This document shows positions 25,600-39,000 of a DNA stretch of 64,000 nucleotides, one piece after another; within the stretch, counting starts at the first letter, position 1; the number at the start of each line of letters is the position of its first letter. The notes below the pieces were generated by a model, which had not been told where the DNA came from, ran no database searches, and saw only the letters and a program-made list of their open reading frames with translations. The translations under genes and the position numbers were made by a program. Where the stretch lies: assembly GCA_977020255.1 (NCBI GenBank), contig CDROCS010001677.1:310001-374000 (forward strand). Direction: 5' to 3'. The DNA is from Obrimoposthia wandeli. Its lineage: Eukaryota.

Positions 25600-26020
25600 G
25601 AGAAAATGAAAGTGGAGTTGATCAGAGAGACGAATTGGATTTTTGTGTATGGCAGTGCTCTCAAATGACATATAATAACAACATTAACAATAATATATGT
25701 ACTAAATAGCAAAGTCTTTCGCTGCTTCTTGAGTTTTTCAACATTGACACAGAAACTGTCCCAGTTTATTATATACATCTCTTGTAAAGATTCGGAGAAT
25801 AAATCTCAAATATTGCACAACTTTGTTTGTTATTTGAGAATTTCCGGACTAATCTTCAGTCGTCATCGTTGCTGCTGAGATGCATATACACGTACACTGC
25901 ACCAGACTCGAGAATATCAGATAAATGTTTAGGATTTTGTGAGAGAATACATTTTCTGATAATATGTAGGTGCTTGAATTCAACTCTGGCATTGATCAGC
26001 AGACTGTATACTGTATAACA
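25600..26020 (-). repeat. Copy 2 of the same unclassified repeat family
   Basis: Shared blocks with 17280-17600. Minus-strand translation LLINARVEFKHLHIIRKCILSQNPK...VNVEKLKKQRKTLLF. Confidence 0.65.
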
Positions 26021-27800
26021 TAATTACTTGTACTAGCACTTTTCTTTAATTTGAATAAAATTCTGGCAGCTACGAACACAGATATTAAAATAACAAAATT
26101 TATCCGTGAAATTATTAAAGTGCTTAAAAAAGAAGAAAGTGGATATCAAATATCGAATACAGCTTTTCCTGCCATTTTCAATTTTCCTAATTTTAAAACT
26201 TCGACCTCAGATTTAAAACTCCAAGTTTGTATTTTCTGATAACAAATGAAAGAAATCCGACAATTTTCATCAGCTGTAATTCAAAAAGCAACTTTGAGTT
26301 TTGATGGAGTATCATTTTCGGAGTAATCCAAAGTTGTATAAAAACTGTCATAGCACTATCACAAAAGCTCATGTTTTAAAAATGTCTAACTACACCAATG
26401 TGAGGTCAACTTTACAGAAACGGAGAAGTGTTTGTACTCGGCACGATTTTCCATAGAAAAGGCGAAAACTTGAATATTTCGTGTCGTTTAAGGCCGATTA
26501 AACTTTGTTAATTGTGGAAATTTTATTAATTCAAAGTCGAGATAATTTTACTATGATTCAAAAAATATTTTCTATATTTTATTTAAACTACTTGAAAATG
26601 GTCAATACTAAATAGACACTTACGTGGTGATGAGTGCGGAGAATAAATTACCATCATTAATGCACAATAAAGTCTAAGACTGTAAACTGATGTATCAGCA
26701 ACCATTTGGTGAAGCTTTAATTGGCCACTCGTGAACCAATGAGCGCTGTTCAATTTTCTGACAAATTCGTGGGGCATTATGCAATTTGATAAACAATTGA
26801 AAGGATCTGTAAGTCGGTGGTGATTGAGAAAGGGATGTGAAGAACTCAGAAAAATAAATACAAAGCTATTACTAAAGTTAGTTAATACTTTCTAAAATTA
26901 CATTATTTCCTCATGTATATAAAAATGGGATTTGATATTTAAAAAACAGAATTCGCATATTTGCTAGAGTATATATTATGTTGCTCGATGTTTGCCCGAA
27001 CAAGCCGTTTAAGAACGCGATGAGACGAAGAAGAACGAGTGGATGTGGACCGATGTGTGAAAGCGGGACCTCCTACGGCAACCAAATCGTTCAAGAAATG
27101 ATGTATCAGCATTGCAATGGACGATCTGATCTGAAAAGATGATAGCGACAATGGCCGAACAACCATTGAGTAGGCCGATCATTTTGGGGGTGTCAGCGAA
27201 TGTAAACTATCACTAGCAATAATAGATTTCTAATTACGCTGTAACAAACTTTAACTTTAGTTTTCGCCTTTTAACAAAATAGCATATTTATATTCTAAGT
27301 GTGTTAACTTATCTATATATAATAAAGACAATTCCATTTCGTCTCGATTTTGAGACATCAACATGATCAGAAAAAGATTTGCATACAAAATATCACAAGG
27401 TGACATATACATGAACCAGTATATTTAGTTACTCTATGAAGCATTTAATCGCTCTAATGTTTAAATAATAATTCCACTTAAATTTTAGCAACAAAAAATC
27501 ATTATACTTTAAAAAAAAGTTCTTTATTTAGCTCAGAAACACACATCCCTTATAAAGAGTTTCAAAACGCGATTTTTGAGCTTCATTTTTCGATTTTCTA
27601 AAATAGCTGAAAACTCAGATAAAGTTGAAATTTGGATATGACATTTTGGTTTTATAAATAAATACTCTTGAATATTAAAAAAGGTTTATTTATTTTGGCT
27701 GCAAATAGAACTTACTCTTTGTATCTCATAATATTCTTCAATCACAACTTTATACTTAATATTTCATAATTAAAATTAAACAATACAAGGAATGACGAAC

Positions 27801-28028
27801 CTGTATCTGGGAGGAGGACGATAGCACCGAGAGTGGGGAGCTGCCAGTTGTGATAACCGACACAATGGCAGGCGAGCGAAGCGGGAAAGAGCGGTCTAGA
27901 AAGTTAGGGTCACAGGGTGATTGTTGAGTGATTGTTGAGGAACGCTGAGACAAATGCACTCGTCTTCGCTGCTGCGAGGGAAAGTCCTGCAGACACAATT
28001 GTCGACCCGGTGGAGTGCTGTTACGCTG
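27801..28028 (-). CDS. RAPGEF1: C3G-like exon (Ser/Pro-rich)
   Basis: Donor gttcgt. The phase-0 acceptor cacctctcccag gives 228 nt, QRNSTPPGRQ...SSSSQIQ. An upstream acceptor (exon starting at 28068) would be phase 2, so the 5' boundary is uncertain. Confidence 0.65.
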
Positions 28029-28379
28029 CTGGGAGAGGTGTTGCTCAGATAGTGATTTTATATTCCTTCTGAAAAATTGTTCCCCTATTCGTAAATATTG
28101 AAGTACAGATGCTGTAGATAATTTAGTCATATATGAATATGGGCTCGATTTTACAGCTGTATTTGGCTATATCTATCCAATACATAAACAAAGCATAGAC
28201 AAGTGGATGTATGGACCAACAAGGCAAAAATTAGAAATTTCCATGTACCACCACATTTATATGTATTTTGAAAAGTTAAAAATTAAAATACAAGTATGGA
28301 GCAAGATATAGAAGACATAAAAGTCCACATAAAGAAGGCTTTACGCAGATAATTGTTCAATACGGCTATCATTCTATCG

Positions 28380-28900
28380 CTTTTTAAACAATCAAAATCT
28401 CGTTTGACTATGTGAATGTTAATATTGCGCAGAAATGCTTCACGCCTTTAAGCTAGCTCTGGAAACGTTTCGTCTTATGGTGACTTGTAAGCAGCCGTAC
28501 AAACAGAAATCATTTACTGGGAGATCCAGGCTACGAGGAGGCCATTCTAAAGCATCTAACTTTCTAATCCTGCGATCTTTCAATTCTGTATTCAGAATAT
28601 CTTTACCAGTCAATGTCCAACTAACTGAAGCTCAATCTTGTTGGAAAATTTGATGGATATATCGCGTTGTAGACAGAGTAGGAAAAACAATATCTCGAAT
28701 TGTGTCCACATAACGATCTCCATTCATAGTTTCAAAGATAATTCAGAAGCGCAAACAGCCATCATAGGGAATCACTGCCCAAATGGTTAAGAAATTGGAT
28801 TTAGAACTTTCTTTGTGAGCCAGTGTTCATTCTCCATTGCATAGTAATAACAGTTATCAGTTAAATTCCTATTAGGGTGTAGCGTTGCTCCTCGGTCCCG
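28380..28900 (-). mobile_element. ITm (rosa-like) transposase relic
   Basis: NCYYYAMENEHWLTKKVLNP, TMNGDRYVDTIRDIVFPTL and LEWPPRSLDLPVNDFCLYG correspond to NCRYWxxENPH, TVNGxRY and WPPRSPDLxPxDFFLWG. Confidence 0.7.
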
Positions 28901-31900
28901 ACCACTACTGATGACCAGTCTGTAATAGTCCAGTCGTTTATAGCAGCCATCTTCCCTCCATTGCAGCATGTGCTTCTTCCATATCCTTGCATCCCTCCCT
29001 GTCGTCTCCATACACTCGTTAAACCAGAAATATCAGGTTGATTCGTTGACAAAATCCCGCAAAGAAAGACAAAATGGCTGCAGAGAGCTGAGGGGGCAGT
29101 TATACAAACACCGGATATTGTGTCAGGCGGAAACACATCTGACTTCATCTGACACATCTCATATGCTATGTTAATCTAAATAAAATTGCAAATTTGACCT
29201 TCAAATTAAAATTTGTCTTGAAGTGAACAACTAGTTTCACAACTGGATGTATATAGTATGTGAATTGATTCTGACCATAGAATTGCAATTTTTTTCTGTT
29301 TAATTGAACTCTTAATCGGTACAAAATAGAATTTAATTATTTCTAGCTGAATGCTGGATTTAAAATACTCGACAATATTGTTTCATGGGAATTGCATTTA
29401 AAACATTCTCCAGATTTGAACTGAAGAACATGTCCAAAGAGCTATCCCGTGTATTTAGAAACACACAATTACAAAAATATTGTATCACAGTTGTATAAAG
29501 CATTTATTTATCAACAATAGACACTGGAGAGCATAAATTGCATACTCAATCCTTGCTTTAATATTCAACTGAAATGTAATCATACAGTTAACAGCATTAA
29601 ACAAACCACTCACTTATGATCTACAGAGCTTTTTGAGTCATTCACAGCTGTATTTATATAAAGAAGGAATGTTTGAAGAACATATCAATTTCGCTCCAAA
29701 TTAAAAAGTGTATACAAAATATACACTTTTTAATGTAATGTTCTAAGAATTTAATTCCAAAAATGGAAAGAAATTTACTGAATAACTTGTCGATTTTGTT
29801 TAAATTTTAATTTTTGTTTCATCTTAATTTTTAAATTGTAAGTATATTATTTTACTATTAAATTGGTATTTCAGCAAAATGGAAGGGGATAATCCTACTA
29901 AAAAGAAGAATAATACAATACACTGATGCATTTTTGTTATTAGAAACAATTACTGGTCAGGTCAGTATAATTCGATATTGTCCAACATTTTAAAAAGTGT
30001 AAATTTGAAGATTCATCAGAAAAAATCTAAAGAAAGACCAGCAAAATTAGATGACTTATTCAAAAAGTGAATTCTCCACGAATTAAATCATTAAAGCTCG
30101 ATTATTTAGTGTCTGAAATCATAGCCAAAGTCGGAGCACTTTAAGAGTAGGGAGAAAAAATTGCATTTTAATATAAATAATAGGAATAGTGAAGCTCTAA
30201 AACATCAATGAAAGAGTTGAATGAACATTTTCAGCTTTGAGTTAACCATTTTTATACTTTATATTTGATATTTCATCGAAATACAAATCGACAGAGAATA
30301 TTTCAAATCACTAAAAATGATGAATTTTTTAAAGAAACTAATTTTTACAATGAAAAACACTTTCGAGATCAATTGATTTTTAAATAATCTACTTTTATTG
30401 CCCTGGAATTTTTTATCAAGAATATATTCCTATGATCAATCTTGTTTAGAATAAAATGTAATTGTGCTATGAAAAAAAAAAAATGTTTGAATTTAGTTTT
30501 TTGTCTTTTTACGAATTTTAAATAATTTTTATTAATCTAACAAGGAAACGTACTTTAGGTGTCATAAAAATTAGGAGTTCGCAATTTGTATAAAAAATAT
30601 GAATTGAATTCTACATATAAAAGTAATTTCATTATCTGCTAGTTTTCAGTATATAAAAAGTTATCGAAAGAAATATTTGTGATAAATTTATAAATGTGTT
30701 TAAATATATTAAATTATAGAAACACTAACGTGATTATATGAATAAATACCAAATAAAAATTAATTACCTAAAATATTAAATTGTTATTGGTTTAAAATGA
30801 AACCTTACCAAATTACTATTGGATTTTAAAATTCGCAACACTATTTCAACTAGTGCGCTTAAATTTTTGGATTTAAATTATTTCAATCAAACCAAATTAT
30901 AAAATTTATTTTATAAAAAGTTTAATACATATAACTTTTTTATTATAAATAAATAGCAGCTAAAACTACATTTTTAATATTGCAATATATTATGTTTATC
31001 ATATACTGAAATTTCATTGAGTTCTTTTTATGACCGTGCGAAACGTTTCCTTGTTAGAATAATTAATTACAAACACTTTTAAAGTAATCAATTGTCAGTG
31101 ACTTAATCATTTCGAATTAATCTAGTAATCAACAATTACACAAGTTTATCTCATTGAGTAAATTATTTTAATTCTAATTAAGTTACTGATATTTAATTTA
31201 ATCTATGCTTTAAAAGTTTCAAAAAAATTATGGGGTACGCCAATATTTATTCTAATTTGTGCTTCTTAACATCCTCAGAAATTCTGTAAAAAAATAAATT
31301 CATAAAATTACAAACTAGTTTATTTATGATCAAGAAATGTTTCGTCATGTTGGTAAAACATCGACCACCAATTATATGCAAATGAAAATCCATTGTTATC
31401 AGATCAGAAATGTGACATAGCATATAATTAAATATCCACCACGCATGACCTTTGCTTGATTAATCCGGTTGAATGTAAAATGATCATGTGACAGCGAGTT
31501 TGTAGCGACAGTATTCGTCCGTTCCAACTCTTGATTCAGTTAAACTAACTAAGCATAACGGTTACGACTTCAATTTCTAGTAATTCACCAAATGCAGTAT
31601 GTATGAGAATGTGTACAAATATATAATTGTAGAAGAATCCAAAAAATGCAAATCACAAATAAATATCCACAGCTATTATTGGATGTAATTTGGGGAAATG
31701 GTCGGAAGCAATATAAAGAATGTTCAAAATATTATCATCAAATTGTTTTTCAGTATGGCAATAGACAATAATATGGACATAGTAGTGTCAAAGGTTTTAC
31801 CAGACTAAAACTAGCATCATATTTACCTCAACACACTGTATAATGCTTCAAATTGTAGAATATGGGGAACTATATTAAGTTGCAATGCCAGGTAAGCATT

Positions 31901-32300
31901 TGAACTAAATTTATACCATATTTAGTGGAATACGTGGAATAATATTGACTTCATCTACAATTATATTCTTGGTTCATTTAGTTTTAATATATTTTAATGT
32001 CATCTTAAATCTACAGTGTACACTTGCATTATATTTCTATTTATAAGAGTACTCCTACTAAACCAGAATCCACGCATTTGTCGATTACTTATTTCCATTA
32101 AATATTTGTGCCGTATAAGAATACAAAATTGTTCTAATTTGATTTCTCTCATTATTCTATTAAAACTCAAAAACTTAAATTTGATTTTACTATACTACTT
32201 TTAAATGACAGTAGCAAAGTATAGGTTAATATTATTATATGATATTTAGTTTTTATTAAAACGTCATAAAAATAAAAAAAAACATTTCAAAGCTACATAC

Positions 32301-32646
32301 CTTGGCTAAGGAGAGTTGATTGGGTGGTGACGGTGGTAGGGGAGGAAGAGGGATATCCCTGGATCGCCTAGGCTGCCCCAAGTCCCCATTGGCAACGGCT
32401 ACATCCGTCTTCAATGGACACGGTTGACCTGCAGTACTTGATGGTGGTGGTGGGGGCGATGGCGTAGTGTCAAGGTCGTCCATGAAGGCACCCACACTGA
32501 CAACTGGTGCGATTTTACTCCTCTTGTTGTCACTACTGTCTGTGTCGTCATGATAACCGACGCAGTCATCGGGATCACTGTCCCCATTGAGCGAGTCTGC
32601 ATCTACCGGCTTGATGTCGTGGCTGATGATCGAGGCGGCCATGATG
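32301..32646 (-). CDS. RAPGEF1: C3G-like exon (proline-rich)
   Basis: Acceptor tgttgcag, donor gtatgt; phase 2 to 0. IMAASIISHDIKP...PSPPPP...DIPLPPLPPSPPNQLSLAK. Confidence 0.8.
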
Positions 32647-33349
32647 CTGCAACATAGATAATATCACACAATAAATATATAATGTCCGAATATTTTAGAA
32701 TACTTTTCAATGTTTTCCAACTTCAATAATCATAACCCATTATTTCATTATTATTTTCTTATTTCTTAGCATGGTTGATATATCATCTTATTCGCATTGT
32801 TAAATGACATCCAAACAAACCTATTCGCAAACGAGAATAGCTCAACCAAGACCTGCATTCATAGTTCCAACTTTGGGTGTCAGTTCATTCTAAGACCAGT
32901 AAAAAGACACATTACACAACTTGTAAAAAGAATAATGTGTTAAGCAATATGGGCAAATAGCAGTGACCATCATTCTGAATTGTCAATAGAACAAAACAAC
33001 CTTAAAAATATAAGTTAGAAAAGTTCGATATTTTTCGATCATTCAAAATAGGAACTAAAACTCTCATATAGCTAAAAGACGAAATCTACCCTGATGCATA
33101 TACCCCCTTGTTTCAGCTTCATTGTACTTAAGTAATAGTTTTCCCATAAAATCAATATATTGTCACGTAGTTTACAACTCCAAAATGTCATCTTCAATCA
33201 ACGACTAATATTCCACATACATACATTGAGCACATTTTCAAACCAAAGAGTCATATGGATGTAATTTTCAGAAACCTGACCCGCAAATGATCAATAGCTC
33301 TACAGTTAAATTAGATCAGCCATGACTCGAAAAGTAGACTTTTAAGCAT

Positions 33350-34100
33350 TATGGATATAATTTATTTCTTGTATAAAGAAATTGTTAATCAAAGCCACCA
33401 AATTCTTCATCAGATTCAGTATTAAAAAGATCGAGCAATTCCGTGAAAGATTCTGGGATTTTAAATTCGATATGCACTTATGAGATCACAGTTTCTAGTG
33501 TTACAGTTTGATACTTGGTTCTTATACCTGCAATGAGTTCAATCAAGCATTCGCGATCCTTTCACTTACTTTAGCATAATAAACCATTTTGATTGAACCA
33601 CACGTAATATAAGAAAACTCGACTTCGATATGCACGAGTTCAGATTATAGACAAGAACAGAGGGTGAAAAGTCGCCATAAAAATCTAATCCCTTAATCCA
33701 TTCGTTAACGTTTCTAAAAAAAATCGAGGGATTAGAAGTTTGCGAATTCGACAATTTGCAAGTCAAAAGTATCTCACTTAAAGTCGTATTTGGTTTTGAG
33801 ACACTACACCATTTTCTCCACGCTTTTTGAAGAGACTTATTTCTTTTCTATTCTTAAAATTGCCTAGCCAGTCAGTACTATACTTGAAGACCTGAGGAAT
33901 ACCAGGTTATATTTCAAACTCTTTGACCTTCTCACATGAAACCCAGTCTGTAATGGCTGCGTCTTTTCCCACATGAACAATGGCTCTTCCAAATTGTCGA
34001 ATTGCGGTTTTCTAACACGGTTGAGAATTTGAAGAGAATATCAATAGCGGAATGAATTTTTCACAATTATTGGCCATATCCCTTATTGTCGTGCAACTTA
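33350..34100 (-). mobile_element. pogo/Tigger transposase relic (CENP-B-type HTH)
   Basis: CEKVKEFEI*PGIPQVFKYSTDWLGNFKNRKEISLFKKRGENGVV matches the Tigger motif EKA..F..F.xSxGWLxxFKxR..I....GE. Confidence 0.7.
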
Positions 34101-34288
34101 CGTCAATGCATTGTTTATTTTTGATCAATTCACACAAATATTGTTGAAAATTTCTTCAGCGCGAGCTAAAAGCGTCTATTTTTCAGAAAACTTATTTATA
34201 CATTACAATTTTCTGTCCACGAAAGGAGTACTATACGCACCCAAAGATGTGAATAGGAACCCTACTGAATAGTATGTCCCATTCTCAC

Positions 34289-34546
34289 CAATTGCCGACG
34301 ACCTTGGCCATATTGCGCTGCCCAGCATCCGGGTCAGAGTAGTACCAGCCCATCTCAGTGGTAGTTGGACTTATCAATGATCCGGCCCCATGACCTTCCA
34401 CCAGCTGTCTCTCCACCTGACTCAAGTAACGATCAAGGTCACTCGTATCGATCTTGCCCATCTGCGGCTTGCGTGGAGCAACCTCTTCGGCAGTATCGAA
34501 CTGTCGCAAACGTTCTATCATCCGTAGATCCTCCTCATTGAAACGA
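34289..34546 (-). CDS. RAPGEF1: C3G-like exon
   Basis: Acceptor ttttgcag, donor gtgaga; 258 nt, phase 2 to 2. RFNEEDLRMIERLRQFDTAEEVAPRKPQ...KVVGN. Confidence 0.8.
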
Positions 34547-34959
34547 CTGCAAAATCACATTTTAGTTTCATATTGCTTACTGACTAATGTATTAGTATAG
34601 TTTTCGCAAATTATTTTTTGTAAATAATTTGGAATCAGCGATATTTTTTAGTTTCAAGCTTGTAAGAATTTTCAAACAGCTTTAGCTTGCAGAAGTGAGG
34701 TAAATATTTACATTAAGATCAAACTTAATATTTACTCAATATTTAACGAACTATTGCCGCAACATGGTGAAAGATGTAAAAAGATGTTTACAAAACAGAA
34801 AATTATCTTGGATTAATATTACACTAAATATCCACATAAAATCAATAGAATTCCAATTATGAATTAAAATATTACAAAACGTTCGTTGCAAATTTTGACC
34901 AATCTTTTAGGGGTTGTCAAAAAATTTGACCATTAAATTTATTCAAATATTCATGGAAT

Positions 34960-35100
34960 AATAAGCACCATCGTGTTTGGATTCCAACAAATATCTAAAG
35001 AATATGAAAATGGAACCTGTAAAGTATTAGATAGCAACCGTTGCGGTAGATCAAAAAGCAGTTGTAGCAAGGAGAATGTTGAATTAATAAGGGGGCTACA
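34960..35100 (+). mobile_element. ITm N-terminal HTH fragment
   Basis: YENGTCKVLDSNRCGRSKSSCSKENVELIR resembles FxETGSVxDxxRSGRPxxxxxENV. Confidence 0.45.
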
Positions 35101-35249
35101 CCTAATCAAAGTCGATATTGCCGATAGCGATATGTTTAGTGCCGCTGACTCGTCAGTTTGTACTTTTTACTTGATTTTGAAATAATTGTAGGATTAAATT
35201 GGATTATTGTACATGAATAAGACAAGAGAAGGTGATTATTTCATTAAAA

Positions 35250-35470
35250 TTATATTAAAATGAACTCAGGTACCAAAAATATCATCTTTGTCCAAACATT
35301 GAATTATGTTGCGAGACCCGAGAAATTGAGCCAAATCTTTCAGTGTTGTGTACGGATTTTGATCCAGCTTCTCCAATAACAAATTCACCGTCGTCTTCGG
35401 ATTTTTTGATTTTGATACTCCTGTGGCGACCCTGCTGTTAATATTAGTTCGCTTATACCTGCAAACGATT
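35250..35470 (-). mobile_element. mariner N-terminal fragment
   Basis: LLEKLDQNPYTTLKDLAQFLGS.NIIQCL resembles mariner LxxxVExDPxxTxxELAxxL. Confidence 0.5.
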
Positions 35471-35954
35471 GCCCTACCTGTGCGCCCCTTTATTTGTAGT
35501 TGCTGAGAAAGAAGATGCCCATCTTATGCTCTAATCAAGGCATCTTTGAGCTCTGAGGATATTCTAAATTATGAAAAAAAATACATTTTCCTATGATTTT
35601 CTCTGAAAGACGACTAACATCGGAGTTACGGTTAGTACTAAAGTTTTTTTTAATATAATATTATAAATCATAACCTCATAATATTCAAAAAAACACTTAA
35701 TAGTTCTTAAACCACCATCCTTTCATCGCTAGGGGTATATTTTCTATGTATTTTGATCAAATGAGTAGCAATAATGACTTTTTACGGCACTATTTAAGTT
35801 TTTTAATACACCCTATAGTAAAAAATACACAAACAATATTTTTCTGCCCTGTGGATGTGACTGTATGCCTTCTATAGTAAGTGATTATTCAGTTTTTACG
35901 CACCTTTCATTTTTATTGGTAAGTTTTACAATGTATTATTATTAATCTCATCTT

Positions 35955-36270
35955 ATACTATAGGATTGGGTGCCGACTCTTTATAACGGCAATAATCAGT
36001 TGGATTAGGTGTACTAGATGAAGATCCACGACTCAGTTGCCATATGTTAAACCGAATTACTGGAAACCCAATTAGATCAAATATTAGATTTAGGAGAAAA
36101 TCTTCCAAAAGAAACATACAAAGTATATGGGTTCCACATAAACTTTATCCAAGAAACAGATACTCAAGACAAACTGGTTATGATAGATGAAAATTGGGTA
36201 TATCTAGATGATGTGTCTCCTCATCCAACATCGTGTCGAAGTTATTCAACTGGTGGACCAAACGTTCTTT
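35955..36270 (+). mobile_element. mariner (DD34D) relic
   Basis: TIR-like tataggattgggtgcc; DEDPRLSC, IWVPHKL (mariner WVPHEL) and LVMIDENWVYLDD (cf. IVTGDEKWVYYDN). Confidence 0.7.
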
Positions 36271-38589
36271 GATGCAGCTTACTTTGTAACTTTTTTTTAA
36301 ATAATTGTCGCTTCTAACTATACAAAATCAGAATGTTATGATAAAATAATAGGTGAAGGTAAACAACTTAATTCTAAATTAAATGCAATTAAAAACGATG
36401 TTATTCTCACATCATAGACGATGATACACATACCGAAAATTAAAATAATCTATTTTTAACTCTAACATGTCAATAAATGAAACATTAATGAAATAATGCA
36501 TAAAATACGCATGTAATCAATGGAATTGGATGTAAAATGTAAGATAGGAAGGATGTTTACAGTTGCCAGATATTTACATCAATTTACGTAATTGTATTTG
36601 TATTTATAAAATTGTTTTATATACAACATAAATGCTCTAAATATACATTCGTCTTTGGGGCATTTTACCAATTTAAGGTCGAGCCTAAATACTTTATCGA
36701 AAAAAGAATATGCAAATAAAAGGGTTAAATGTGGAAGAGGAAATGGTTACTAAAAATATTAAAATTAAATGAATTCGACAAAAATTATGCTAAAAGAACA
36801 TATTTAGTTTAAAAATATATATAAAATAAATATGGAAAATATTCTTAACAATATTTTCAAAAGAACATATTTTTCTTATGTTCACTTAATTTAGAAACTC
36901 AAAATTAGTTTTTAACTCATTAGATAAACTTTGCTATTATAATATTTCATAAAAATCTTTAAAAAGCTTAATCTAAAAGGCTCTTATAAAAATTACCGGA
37001 TGACTAGTTAAATTATGTACTACAACTCAAATTGAAACAAAATTAATCTTACCGATACATGTGAGACAAAATTCCAACTTGAATACGATTTGGATACAGA
37101 AATAAACTGTAGACTCAGAACTCCAACAAAATTAATATTTCAAATTTCATAAACTGTACTTTTTAATTTAAGCAAACAAATAATTTATACACACCTGTTG
37201 TACTTAAAATAACTGATGTCATAATTTTAAAAAGTGGCACACCGTTGTAAGTGTGTATAATTCGGTTATCAATCCTTATTTATCGAGCTGCAAAAAATAA
37301 TAATTGAAACTACATACATAAAAATTATATTAATTAATCCATATTAATTAAAAATGAAATTTCAAATCATGAATTGAGGATTGCGATAAATCACTTTTGA
37401 AATATTTCGGATAAAATAATTATAATGGGTTCTTTTGTTAATTTTTTCAATTTTCTATATACTTTTTTGAGTGCAACTAACAATTTACAATTCAGCTTAC
37501 ATTTTTAAAGTTAGAATTATTTAAGTTTGATGTGGAAAATTCAAATTCAAATCCAAACTGGTGTACTTAAAAATAAACAAAGAAACATATTTTTAATAAA
37601 ATCAAAAATAATTTCTGCTACTCACGTTTAATGTAAATAAAATTTTAAAAAACAATAGAGGTTATAGAAATAAATGATAAAATTTCAAAAAAACATGTCA
37701 TAGAGTAACAGCAAATTGTAGGAAAAATCAGTAGCACGCTTTCTCTGATTTTTTAAAAAATTGCATCACTTATTTGTATTTGTAAGAAACTAAAATAATT
37801 TTTTATAAAATATTTGTTGGTTCCAGAACTCCAAAGGACAACTTGTTTTGTCAAACGTGATTTTTTTAAAGACAATTCATAACTTTTGATCTTGAATTTT
37901 TTTTCTGACTTAATAGACCATACCATATTTAAACATGGTGTTTGCTGTCTGTTCTTAAGTACCATTGATTGTGATTAATTTACCACATTTAATATTGTTT
38001 GGTCCAAATTCTTAATTTTCTGTACAATAAATCATCAAATCAATTATCTCGACTTATTTTTTAGAAACAGATAATTTTTATAGTGAAAGTATTTATTCAA
38101 TAATTTGTACAATTTGTGAAGTAAATTTAATATTGGATGCAGAAAAATTACAACAAAAAATCATCTTTATATTAGTATAATTAACAAGACGAAATGTTTG
38201 TGAATTATTTCTAATAGAGAATTTGAAGAACTGGAAGAGTAATTAATTATGCATTTCGGTATATTTCTGATTCTCAACTAGATTATTGGTACAAAATGTT
38301 ATTCAAAAAATTAAAACGTGCGTAGAAAATTAATTAATATTTATTTTTTAATATTTTGTAGATTAATAGTAATTATTAGTTTGTTAAACATTGATTGATA
38401 ATTTTTTTTTTGTAAATTATTTTTATTTTCTCTTTTATTATTTCTGTATCTTACAAAATATATTTTTCCATTTTTCGATGGTAGTAATGATAAAATTATA
38501 ATCACCAAATGAACGCTTTTTACTAAGCATAAGGCAGAATGTTTACAAATAAATTCTAATTGCGCGAATGTGCTATATATACACATGTC

Positions 38590-39000
38590 ATATGGTATAT
38601 GTCAATGCACGTGCATCTACAGAAATGCATAGATATCGCTTTTCCCAAATGTATCTTTTATGAAAGACAGCGATAAACAAAATAGTCCCATTTACTGTCG
38701 AAAAGCAATGTTTATCGCTCCCAAAATCTTTCTTAAATTGGCTGTCGATATGAAGCAAACTGTCATCTAAGTAGGCAATCACATTTCTTATGCCAACAAG
38801 CTCAGTCGATGGAAAGATCTGGGAGAAGTCTCATCGAACTGACGTACGATTCAGAGAAATACATCAAGAACGGTCCCGACGAATCGCAAAAAGACACATT
38901 TCAACAGCTATAATTGTATTTTTTGGAAATCGAAGTTTAATAGATGAACTAATAATTGCCGTATCTATCTCACCCAATCATAATGTCCGACTCATCAACG
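38590..39000 (-). mobile_element. Ty3/Gypsy-like reverse transcriptase fragment
   Basis: RQFDETSPRSFHRL followed, after a frameshift, by LVGIRNVIAYLDDSLL; matches RxPFGxxxSPxxFQR...GxxNVxxYLDD. Confidence 0.5.

Noticed and set aside
26939-27180. GC-richer minus-strand ORF
   Set aside because: No convincing donor or domain. It could be UTR or an alternative first exon, but the sequence alone does not support that.
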